From assembly GCA_949841245.1 (NCBI GenBank), contig CATKYT010000004.1, forward strand, positions 1 to 63,916: a stretch of DNA of 63,916 bases. The letters run 5' to 3'. Each line of letters opens with the position of its first letter. Positions within the stretch are counted from its first letter, which is position 1. The notes under the pieces are model-generated. The model did not search any database, had not been told where the DNA came from, and saw only the letters and a program-made list of their open reading frames with translations. The position numbers were made by a program, and so were the translations under genes. The DNA comes from an uncultured Eubacteriales bacterium. GTDB taxonomy: Bacteria; Bacillota; Clostridia; Christensenellales; UBA1242. Shown piece by piece: positions 39,955 to 47,051 of this stretch.

Positions 39955-42279
39955 TTATGCTTGATGAAACAATTTATTTAAACTGTTTTTAATTTCTTGT
40001 AATGTTGTTTCAGAAACTTCATCACCAAGATTCAAAGAATCAATGGCATCAGAAACTGTCTTTTCTGCATCTGGTCCAAGACTTCCAACAATGTCATATC
40101 CGGCATCACCAAGAATATCCATTGCCACATTAACCGCACCAACAAACTCGTCAGCACCAACTTCATTTATAATTGCAGAGAATTCTGTTGCAAGTTCAGC
40201 CACACTTTCAGGAGTAAGTGTTCCTGACAAAATTTCATTTATGGTGTCTTTACGCTTGTTATAAGCATCAGCAACATCTTTTGCATTTTGAAAATCAGCA
40301 AAGAGTTCTGTGTAATTTACTTTGTAATATTTCAAATCAGTTGTTTCGCCATCTGCTCTGTTTGTAATAAGATCATTAAACTTTTGATATTCAGTAAACA
40401 CAGGATTTCCTTCAACATCTTGATATGTGCCATTTAATGCTTTATACATGTTTGTAAACATTGCATTAAACACACCATCACTTGTTAATGTGCTTTCATT
40501 GAAATTGTTTTGAACAACATTTTCTTTCATTACATCAAGAACAGCTCCAACATCTGCTATATTTTCAGACAAATCAGCATTGATTGCAACTCTTGCAATT
40601 CTTATAAAATAATCTGCTTGTAATCCAATTTTTTCAACAAAAGCCATCTTTTCTTCTGGTGTACTTGTTGTTGAAATAGTTCTCAAAAATTGGTCAGCCA
40701 AAACTTCTTTATCACTCATGTCACTAATTAAACTAATAAGTTCGTCATCAACAGTTTGCATGATTGTCACAATGCCTTTTTCCAAAGTCTTAACTTGTGT
40801 CATTTTACGAATTACATTTGCTGCATAATCACTGTTAACAAAAACCTTTGGATCCATTTCTTTTCCGTTAACAAGATCTTGCAACATGTTTGTTGTTGAT
40901 GTTTCACTTTCTTTAATCAAAGAAATTTCTTTAAATACTTCACAGATTTTTGGAAGGTCAGATTTAAAATTGTTGTAATCTTTAAAACTTTCAATTTCAA
41001 CATATTCATCCATTCCTTGCAATGCTTCAACCAATTCTTCATTAATCAAACCATAAAAATCTTCAATAATAGTTAACCCAACAAATTTTTCAACTTGTGG
41101 AACAATTTTTGAAAGTGTGTCGTAAGTCAAAACATCTACAAATTCTTTTGCATTTGCAATTTCATCCAAAGCACCATTTTCATTAAGTGCTTGACTTATT
41201 TCACCTAAAACTTTGACATTATCTTCCAAATATTTAATGAAAGTTGTTCCTGCTTCAATTCTGTTGTTTACATTATCAACAACATTTTCAATTCTTACTT
41301 TAACTTCTTCGTCTAAGTCAGCGTCTTCCAAAATTTTATCAAAGTTTCCAATCATCTCGCTAACAGCGGGAGAAATAACATGTGTTAAAAATTTACCATT
41401 CAACAATTGGTTAGACATATCGGTTAATTTGTTGTAATCTTCTGTGGTCAAATCCCCATCTTTGCTTACAATGACAACAGTTTTGTTGTAAATGTTTACA
41501 ATCAAAGAAACTTCATCTCTCCACATAATTTTTTCGCCATCTAAAACAACATATGACAAACCATTGTAAATAACATGATCAAAACCACCAAGATGACAAA
41601 CTGAACCCATCACACTTGTGTTGTAACCATCCAACAAATCCAAAGCAAATTCTGGCATTGCCTTTCTTATAAATGCACCAGTTGTTGGTGGAACACTTTC
41701 ACTGCCAATTTCAGCTGAACTGTCATAAGATGCTGTTACATAAGCAATTTCGCCAAAAGTGTTTGTCAAAGATGTCAAAGGCATAAACAAGAACACAGCA
41801 AAAACAAGAGCTTCAATTGTTCCAATTAAAGAACCCCAAAGTCTGTGACGCTTAATGCCATTTTTCTTTTCATATTTTTTCGTTTTAAACCAAATTCTGG
41901 CAACAATCATAAAGATTATCCACATAAAGAATTGCACAACCAAAAGCACAACCATGAAAATAATTGGACTAACAAATGCGGTTGGAAGTTGTGTAAAAAA
42001 TTCTGCCATAGTTGGAGAATATTTTGAAACATCCATCATTGAATTTGTAATAAATTGACCAATAGAAATTACATCATCTTCATATGGCACAATTGTAAGC
42101 CCAACAACAAAGTCAACAATTGGTCTTGTGATGAAAAATGCTGTTAAAATAGCCAAACCCACAAAAGCAAGATGAAGTGAAGAACGCTTCAATCCCCTTC
42201 TAAGTCCTGTTAAAAATCCGATTAAAAGAATCACGAAGAAAACTATGTTTATAATTAAAACGATTGTTCCTGCTTCCAT
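39955..42279 (-). CDS. CvpA-like membrane domain fused to a ~550-aa helical domain of unknown function (774 aa)
   Basis: The N-terminal ~170 aa has 4 TMs resembling the CvpA (colicin V production) family (IVFFVILLIGFLTGLRRGLKR...). The remainder is acidic with a helical-repeat-like pattern. AAGGAG RBS. Confidence 0.8.
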   Translation of the reverse strand: MEAGTIVLIINIVFFVILLIGFLTGLRRGLKRSSLHLAFVGLAILTAFFITRPIVDFVVGLTIVPYEDDVISIGQFITNSMMDVSKYSPTMAEFFTQLPTAFVSPIIFMVVLLVVQFFMWIIFMIVARIWFKTKKYEKKNGIKRHRLWGSLIGTIEALVFAVFLFMPLTSLTNTFGEIAYVTASYDSSAEIGSESVPPTTGAFIRKAMPEFALDLLDGYNTSVMGSVCHLGGFDHVIYNGLSYVVLDGEKIMWRDEVSLIVNIYNKTVVIVSKDGDLTTEDYNKLTDMSNQLLNGKFLTHVISPAVSEMIGNFDKILEDADLDEEVKVRIENVVDNVNNRIEAGTTFIKYLEDNVKVLGEISQALNENGALDEIANAKEFVDVLTYDTLSKIVPQVEKFVGLTIIEDFYGLINEELVEALQGMDEYVEIESFKDYNNFKSDLPKICEVFKEISLIKESETSTTNMLQDLVNGKEMDPKVFVNSDYAANVIRKMTQVKTLEKGIVTIMQTVDDELISLISDMSDKEVLADQFLRTISTTSTPEEKMAFVEKIGLQADYFIRIARVAINADLSENIADVGAVLDVMKENVVQNNFNESTLTSDGVFNAMFTNMYKALNGTYQDVEGNPVFTEYQKFNDLITNRADGETTDLKYYKVNYTELFADFQNAKDVADAYNKRKDTINEILSGTLTPESVAELATEFSAIINEVGADEFVGAVNVAMDILGDAGYDIVGSLGPDAEKTVSDAIDSLNLGDEVSETTLQEIKNSLNKLFHQA

Positions 42280-42411
42280 ATCAAACTCCTTTCTTCTATT
42301 TTAATACATTTCCAGCCAAATTACAAGTGCTAAACACAAAAAAAATCGCAAAAGATGCAATTAAATCACAAAATATCAGGTTTTTTATATAATATATAAT
42401 AGGAATTTTAT

Positions 42412-42885
42412 ATGACTGAACAGTTACGAATGAAATTTAAAACTTTTTTACTGGCCAATTACAACCATCAAAAAGAAAATTTTTATGATTATGCACATTT
42501 TGTGACAGAAAAATTAAAACAATTTTTCGACATAAATTTATCCTTAAAAGATGATGAAAATCTTATGAATCATGCACTTTTCAACTTTGCTGGTGGCGAG
42601 CGAACTTACATAAACAAAGATTTCTATCATTTTGGAAAAATGGACATATTGGCAGAAAGAGCCAAAATTGGCGACCTTCTTTTTTTTCAATCAAATGATA
42701 CAGAAAACATAACCAACATTGGATTCTATCTTGGCAATCTTAAAATGCTTTCATTCAACGAAAAAAATAACCATCTTTGTGTAACCGATTTATATAAATG
42801 TCCAGAACTTTCCCAGAACTTTGTCGGCATAAAAAACATAGAAAACTTTTCGCAAATAAATAATAATAAAGAAATATCAAAATAA
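42412..42885 (+). CDS. Hypothetical protein with weak NlpC/P60-like C-terminal signature
   Basis: 157 aa. GDLLFFQ...NIGFYLGN resembles the NlpC/P60 His region, but no catalytic Cys motif or signal peptide is visible. Weak RBS. Confidence 0.5.
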   Translation: MTEQLRMKFKTFLLANYNHQKENFYDYAHFVTEKLKQFFDINLSLKDDENLMNHALFNFAGGERTYINKDFYHFGKMDILAERAKIGDLLFFQSNDTENITNIGFYLGNLKMLSFNEKNNHLCVTDLYKCPELSQNFVGIKNIENFSQINNNKEISK

Positions 42886-42907
42886 AAAACACTAAAATTT
42901 TAGTGTT

Positions 42908-43447
42908 TTATAATTTATATTCTTTTTTCAAAACAGGCAAAATTCTTTCATATTCTTCCCAGTGCGGAAATAAGTTTACATCCTTTTGTTCAATCATTTT
43001 CATAAAATCAGACAATTCAACAAATTTAAAACTCTCAACTTCTTCCTTTTGAAGTGTTATGTCTTTTTCATAAACATCTTTATTAACAATATAAATGTCT
43101 ACAAATTCAGCACTTATGTCTTTTCCTGTTCGCAAAATTTCTTTGTTTGTAAAAACATATTTTGCATTTTCCGGATTGATAAAAACTCCCAATTCTTCTT
43201 CCAATTCTCTATAAAGAGTTGTCAAAGAATTTTCTCCAGCAGAAATATGTCCGCCCATAGAAATATCCCAAACATTAGGATATATATCCTTATCTTTGCT
43301 TCTAAGTTGCAACAAGATTTGTTTCCTATCATTTATAAGATAAGCATGCACCGATTTATGCCAAGTCTTTTGTTTGTGAACTTGATTTCTTGCAATAATT
43401 TCTCCTGTTGGTTTTCCTTGTTCATCCAAAACATCTAAATATTCCAT
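42908..43447 (-). CDS. NUDIX hydrolase (Idi-like subfamily)
   Basis: 179 aa. Nudix box GGHISAGENSLTTLYRELEEELGV. Confidence 0.88.
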   Translation of the reverse strand: MEYLDVLDEQGKPTGEIIARNQVHKQKTWHKSVHAYLINDRKQILLQLRSKDKDIYPNVWDISMGGHISAGENSLTTLYRELEEELGVFINPENAKYVFTNKEILRTGKDISAEFVDIYIVNKDVYEKDITLQKEEVESFKFVELSDFMKMIEQKDVNLFPHWEEYERILPVLKKEYKL

Positions 43448-43462
43448 AACACCCCTACACCC

Positions 43463-44077
43463 CTAATCTTTAAACTTTCCTAAGTTGTATGCATTTTGAT
43501 TGTGTTTTTTAAGATAAAATTCCACATAACCTATATCAACAAACTTAAAATCTTTCAATTTTACAACCTTTTCAAATTGTTGTAGAATTTCTTTTCTAAT
43601 CTTATCCTTTTCTATTACATAATCATCAAAAAAATCTTTTTCAATTTCAATAAATTTACCAATATCTTTTGTGTCGTCAAGACTGATTTCAATGTCATCA
43701 ATTTTATAAGTCTTGCGTTTTTTATCAACTACAGCCAACTTTACCAAATTATTGACTTTTAAAAATTCTTCAAAATTTTTGTAATTGTGATTGTAATTCA
43801 AACCAAGAGATTTAAATATTTGTTTTACATTTTTATTTTCAGCGTAATTTTTTACTAAAAAAGATGTTTCTTTGCAATAAGAGTGCGAGTCATCACCAAT
43901 ATTTAACTTAAAATCAATCTTGTCTTCATTTCTTACACGCAAAAAATTCCCACCAATAAGTAAATCATATTTTTCTGTATCATAATATACATCAAAGACA
44001 CGCTTTTCTTTTACAAAAAACTTCTCATTAATTTCTGGAAACTCATTCACCTGCAATTTCAACTCAAATTCAATCAT
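43463..44077 (-). CDS. CYTH-domain protein (class IV adenylate cyclase / triphosphatase-like)
   Basis: N-terminal EFELKLQV (ExExK) signature and the alternating beta-strand pattern of the CYTH fold. TAG stop. Start set at the ATG at 44077; the ORF track uses the TTG at 44080. Confidence 0.75.
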   Translation of the reverse strand: MIEFELKLQVNEFPEINEKFFVKEKRVFDVYYDTEKYDLLIGGNFLRVRNEDKIDFKLNIGDDSHSYCKETSFLVKNYAENKNVKQIFKSLGLNYNHNYKNFEEFLKVNNLVKLAVVDKKRKTYKIDDIEISLDDTKDIGKFIEIEKDFFDDYVIEKDKIRKEILQQFEKVVKLKDFKFVDIGYVEFYLKKHNQNAYNLGKFKD

Positions 44078-44133
44078 CAATCTTTCCTTTTTATTATTTT
44101 ACACCAATTTAACCTGAAAAGCAATTAATTAAA

Positions 44134-44160
44134 ACAAAAAAACGACTGCATTAGTCGTTT
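44134..44160 (-). terminator. Rho-independent terminator (copy A of a duplicated terminator)
   Basis: Minus-sense ACGACT-AATGC-AGTCGT followed by T7. Near-identical to 44336-44363. Confidence 0.8.
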
Positions 44161-44176
44161 AAGTTTTTTTGTTAAA

Positions 44177-44318
44177 TGGCAGGGGTGGCAGGGTTTGTCA
44201 CAGGTTGTCGCACAACCGCCGACCCATTGTCACTTACCCGCCCTTGGGTCGAGCCTACGCATAAGTAGGTTCAGCAAAACACAGTTTTGCAAAAAGTCTT
44301 TGACTTTTTAATCCTGCC
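44177..44318 (-). ncRNA. Structured element derived from the tRNA-Gln(UUG) T-arm (unclassified). It has an inverted T-arm, a direct T-arm and the acceptor 3' strand with CCA; both T-loops are split by hairpin inserts
   Basis: Minus sense: GGCAGG-ATT-[AAAAAGTC-AAA-GACTTTTT]-[GCAAAAC-TGT-GTTTTGC]-TGAACCTAC-TTATGC-GTAGG-CT-[CGACCCA-18nt-TGGGTCG]-GC-[GGTTG-TGCGA-CAACC]-TGTGA-CAAACCCTGCCACCCCTGCCA. Homologous in architecture to 46709-46839. Whether it acts as RNA is not known. Confidence 0.55.
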
Positions 44319-44335
44319 GTTATAACTTTTTGTAA

Positions 44336-44363
44336 ACAAAAAAAACGACTGCATTAGTCGTTT
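44336..44363 (-). terminator. Rho-independent terminator after tRNA-Gln(UUG) (copy B)
   Basis: Same hairpin as copy A, followed by a T-run. Confidence 0.8.
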
Positions 44364-44379
44364 AGGTTTTTTTGTTAAA

Positions 44380-44454
44380 TGGCAGGGGTGGCAGGATTTG
44401 AACCTACGCATGCAAGAATCAAAATCTTGTGCCTTACCGCTTGGCGACACCCCT
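44380..44454 (-). tRNA. tRNA-Gln (UUG)
   Basis: AGGGGTG/CACCCCT acceptor stem, CAAGA-TTTTGAT-TCTTG anticodon arm, GTAGG-TTCAAAT-CCTGC T-arm, encoded CCA. Confidence 0.92.
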
Positions 44455-44461
44455 ATAAATT

Positions 44462-44537
44462 TGGTGGCTCGCCCGGGATTCGAACCCGGGACCCCTTGAT
44501 TAAAAGTCAAGTGCTCTACCGACTGAGCTAGCGAACC
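44462..44537 (-). tRNA. tRNA-Lys (UUU)
   Basis: GGTTCGC acceptor stem, CTTGA-CTTTTAA-TCAAG anticodon arm, CCGGG-TTCGAAT-CCCGG T-arm, encoded CCA. Confidence 0.92.
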
Positions 44538-44688
44538 GTGTCACAAACATCACTCTTGCTCACTTTCATTTAAAATGAAAATTCTGCTTTTAATGTTTAC
44601 ATCTTATTAAAAAATGTAAACCATGTCCATCTTCGCAAGACCAACAACCATATTCCCCGCATAAGCCAAAATAATCGTAAATTATATT

Positions 44689-44764
44689 TGGCTGGGGTGG
44701 TAGGATTCGAACCTACGCAATGTTGGAGTCAGAGTCCAATGCCTTACCGCTTGGCGACACCCCA
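44689..44764 (-). tRNA. tRNA-Gln (CUG)
   Basis: TGGGGTG/CACCCCA acceptor stem, TTGGA-CTCTGAC-TCCAA anticodon arm, GTAGG-TTCGAAT-CCTAC T-arm, encoded CCA. Confidence 0.92.
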
Positions 44765-44796
44765 TCGAGTCCGCCAAGAGTAAGCGGAAATTTATA

Positions 44797-44873
44797 TGGG
44801 GTGGTCTAAGAGAATCGAACTCTTGACCTCCAGAGCCACAATCTGGCGTTCTACCAACTGAACTAAGACCACC
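44797..44873 (-). tRNA. tRNA-His (GUG)
   Basis: Extra G-1 opposite C73, CCAGA-TTGTGGC-TCTGG anticodon arm, AAGAG-TTCGATT-CTCTT T-arm, encoded CCA. Confidence 0.92.
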
Positions 44874-44933
44874 ACATGTCATGACCTAAATTATTCTTGG
44901 TCATTCCTTTTTCCCAAAAATGTTACACATTAT

Positions 44934-45013
44934 TGGGAGCCCTGTCTTTTCGCACCAGCAATCTTCCAGGAGTAATTGCAAATGCGTAAAATCGCAGATT
45001 GCTGGTGCTCCCA
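44934..45013 (-). other. Long hairpin pairing the 3' end of tRNA-Arg with a downstream inverted copy
   Basis: Minus-sense GCACCAGCAATCT (45008-44996) pairs perfectly with AGATTGCTGGTGC (44964-44952) across a 31-nt loop. After a 10-nt bulge, GCTCCCA (44940-44934) complements the acceptor strand TGGGAGC. Confidence 0.6.
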
Positions 45014-45079
45014 GAAGGATTCGAACCTTCGACCTTTGCCTTAGAAGGGCACTGCTCTATCCAGCTGAGCTATGGAAGC
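45003..45079 (-). tRNA. tRNA-Arg (UCU)
   Basis: GCTTCCA/TGGGAGC acceptor stem, CTTCTAA anticodon loop, GAAGG-TTCGAAT-CCTTC T-arm, encoded CCA. Confidence 0.9.
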
Positions 45080-45083
45080 AGAA

Positions 45084-45157
45084 TGGAGCAGGTGAAGGGA
45101 ATCGGACCCTCGCAACCAGCTTGGAAGGCTAGTGTTCTACCACTGAACTACACCTGC
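45084..45157 (-). tRNA. tRNA-Gly (UCC)
   Basis: GCAGGTG/CACCTGC acceptor stem, CTAGC-CTTCCAA-GCTGG anticodon arm, U73 discriminator, encoded CCA. First gene of the minus-strand array, 4 nt before tRNA-Arg. Confidence 0.9.
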
Positions 45158-45288
45158 AAATGCTTTAATAGATTATCACAACGAAAATAAAAAGTCAAGA
45201 AAAAACAAAAACTTTTTATAAATTTGTCAAACAATTTTAAACAAAACAACAAATTCACCACTCTTGAACATATTATTATTGCATTAAA

Positions 45289-45323
45289 TAAAAAAACATA
45301 TTTGCAAAATAAGCAAATATGTT
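45289..45323 (-). terminator. Rho-independent terminator after the 94-aa gene
   Basis: Minus-sense AACATATTTGC-TTATTTT-GCAAATATGTT followed by T7. Confidence 0.8.
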
Positions 45324-45338
45324 ATAAATTTTGTTATT

Positions 45339-45623
45339 TTAAACTTCCAAATCGGCATTTTCCAGTGTTTTTCTTGGCAATTTTCCTTCCAAAACCCTGA
45401 TTTGATTTAAAAGATTTCTAAATTCTTCTCTTTTATCATCAATATCTGAAACAACAAGTCCCGCTTGCACCTGAGCAAAATCTTTTGTCAGTTCGGCAAG
45501 TCTTTTTTTCATTTTTTCTAAATTATAAATATTTTCAAACTCAAAACAATCCGAATCTTCTCTTTCAATTTCTTCAAAATAAGTTTTGTTAAATTCATCT
45601 TTAATTTGTGCTGTTACTTTCAT
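45339..45623 (-). CDS. Small helical hypothetical protein (94 aa)
   Basis: Start set at MKVTAQIK (45623) behind AAGGAGA, which overlaps the stop of the upstream gene; the ORF track extends to 45716. Charged, coiled-coil-like. Confidence 0.7.
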   Translation of the reverse strand: MKVTAQIKDEFNKTYFEEIEREDSDCFEFENIYNLEKMKKRLAELTKDFAQVQAGLVVSDIDDKREEFRNLLNQIRVLEGKLPRKTLENADLEV

Positions 45624-45633
45624 AAAAATCTCC

Positions 45634-46350
45634 TTAATTAAATTTGTTGAAACCCCCACGGCGTCTAAACACACGAATATAACATTGATTCGGCACAAAC
45701 ACCAAAGAAGTTGCATTGGTGATTTCCAAACTTCTAATGTTTTCTATGCTGTATTTTTCGTCAACAAGTGTTCCTTTATAATGGTAAAACATCTGACGCC
45801 AAATACTATTACTTGCCATATCAACTGAATAAGATAATGTTTTTGTCCCTTTTGAAAGAATACTTGGAATAATTTCCATGACAAAACGAACACCATCTTC
45901 CCCGTCATTGCTGTCAAAACCATAACAAAAAACAGTGTCATTATATTTTGACTTAGCATATCCCCCAGCTGTGACACTTTTTTCAATATTGCTTTCTGGT
46001 TCACAGTTTTCATTCATGTTTATTCTGCACCAATGATTATGAAACTTTAATCTGGTGTTTGCCGAATCCAAAAGATAAACTTGAAAATTGACATTGTTCC
46101 AAGTGTTTCCATTAATGTTATGTGAATTTACGTAAGCGTCAATTTTATAGTCATAATTTTCAAAATCAAATAAATTTTTGTTGATGTAAGTTCTGACTTT
46201 TTGCGTCACCATTGGTTCGGAAATTATCTGTTCCCATTCCATTCCATTTTTTAAAAGAGTGATTTCACTTCTAAGTTTATTAAACTCGAAATCTCTGTCT
46301 ATTGTTTCGTTGCTTATATTTTTTAAAATCTCTTTTTCTCGATTAATCAT
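45634..46350 (-). CDS. Hypothetical protein (238 aa)
   Basis: N-terminal ~40-aa coiled coil, then a domain rich in N/W/Y/C. No family recognised. Forms an operon with the 94-aa gene. Confidence 0.75.
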   Translation of the reverse strand: MINREKEILKNISNETIDRDFEFNKLRSEITLLKNGMEWEQIISEPMVTQKVRTYINKNLFDFENYDYKIDAYVNSHNINGNTWNNVNFQVYLLDSANTRLKFHNHWCRINMNENCEPESNIEKSVTAGGYAKSKYNDTVFCYGFDSNDGEDGVRFVMEIIPSILSKGTKTLSYSVDMASNSIWRQMFYHYKGTLVDEKYSIENIRSLEITNATSLVFVPNQCYIRVFRRRGGFNKFN

Positions 46351-46590
46351 TTTATCCCCCTGAAAATAAAAACCAAAAAGTCTTTTTAACTTTTGGTTTT
46401 CGGTTTAACTTTACAAAATAATTTTAAAACCTAATTCTTCATTTTGCAACAAAGCGTGCCAAATATTTAAAGAAAAGATTTGCAAAAACATAATTTAAGT
46501 GATAAAATAATAAAGCCAAAAAATAAACTAATTTTGTTAAATCAACAATTTCAGTCAAAAATTGGGACAAGTTACACAAAATTAAAACAT

Positions 46591-46683
46591 GGAAACGTAT
46601 CGAAGTGGTCGCACCGAGCCGCACTCGAAATGCGGTTGTCAGGGAAACTTGGCACGTGGGTTCGAATCCCACCGTTTCCGCCA
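46591..46683 (+). tRNA. tRNA-Ser (CGA)
   Basis: Class II tRNA, GGAAACG/CGTTTCC acceptor stem, CCGCA-CTCGAAA-TGCGG anticodon arm, long variable arm, GTGGG-TTCGAAT-CCCAC T-arm, encoded CCA. Confidence 0.9.
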
Positions 46684-46708
46684 TTTCAAAAATTTTAAGT
46701 TAATAAAA

Positions 46709-46839
46709 GGTGGGATTAAATGCAAAGCATTCCACAAACTTTGTTTGTGCGAACCCACGCTCCATGGGCTCAACCCTTGGTCGAAGAAGAAACTATGGGT
46801 TGTCGGCTCCGCCTGAAACGAATTCCACCGTTTCCGCCA
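46709..46839 (+). ncRNA. Structured element derived from the tRNA-Ser(CGA) T-arm (unclassified); same architecture as 44177-44318
   Basis: GGTGGG-ATT-[AATGC-AAA-GCATT]-C-[CACAAAC-TTT-GTTTGTG]-CGAACCCAC-GCTCCAT-GGG-CT-[CAACCC-20nt-GGGTTG]-TCGGCTCCGCCTGAAA-CGAATTCCACCGTTTCCGCCA. Lies 25 nt after the tRNA with no terminator in between. Confidence 0.55.
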
Positions 46840-46968
46840 TTTTAAAAATTTTGTTCTTTTGCTTAATAAAAAGCAACTCTTAAATTTAAAGAAGTTTAAA
46901 CAAAAAAGGCCTGTTGAATTAACAGTTTTTTATTATATCAAGTCAATCTTATCACATACCTAAATTTC

Positions 46969-46998
46969 TTGACATAAGAAGTTTAAAAATGGTATAAT
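46969..46998 (+). promoter_or_regulatory. Extended -10 sigma-A promoter for the WG-repeat gene
   Basis: TTGACA (46969-46974), 18-nt spacer ending in TGG, TATAAT (46993-46998). Confidence 0.7.
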
Positions 46999-47051
46999 GG
47001 CAAAGTCGCGTCTAAAAATTTGATGTGACAAATAAAAAATATTGGAGGAAT

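Noticed and set aside
44271-45190. ORF-track entries overlapping the tRNA array (44271-44510, 44682-44882, 44920-45132, 44999-45190)
   Set aside because: They lie entirely across well-formed tRNA genes and spacers, are GC-driven, and have no RBS. The tRNA cloverleaves explain the sequence.
46439-46816. ORF-track entries around tRNA-Ser (46439-46684, 46480-46698, 46589-46816)
   Set aside because: They overlap tRNA-Ser and the structured element. They have no RBS and the translated sequence is implausible.
46684-46818. The tRNA-Ser 3'-end direct repeats as attL/attR of a genomic island (likewise the tRNA-Gln repeats at 44135-44400)
   Set aside because: Only about 120-140 bp lie between the repeats. 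No integrase or cargo is present. The intervening DNA is itself built from the tRNA's T-arm. A conventional island does not fit, although a decayed or miniature integrative element is kept as one hypothesis in the findings.
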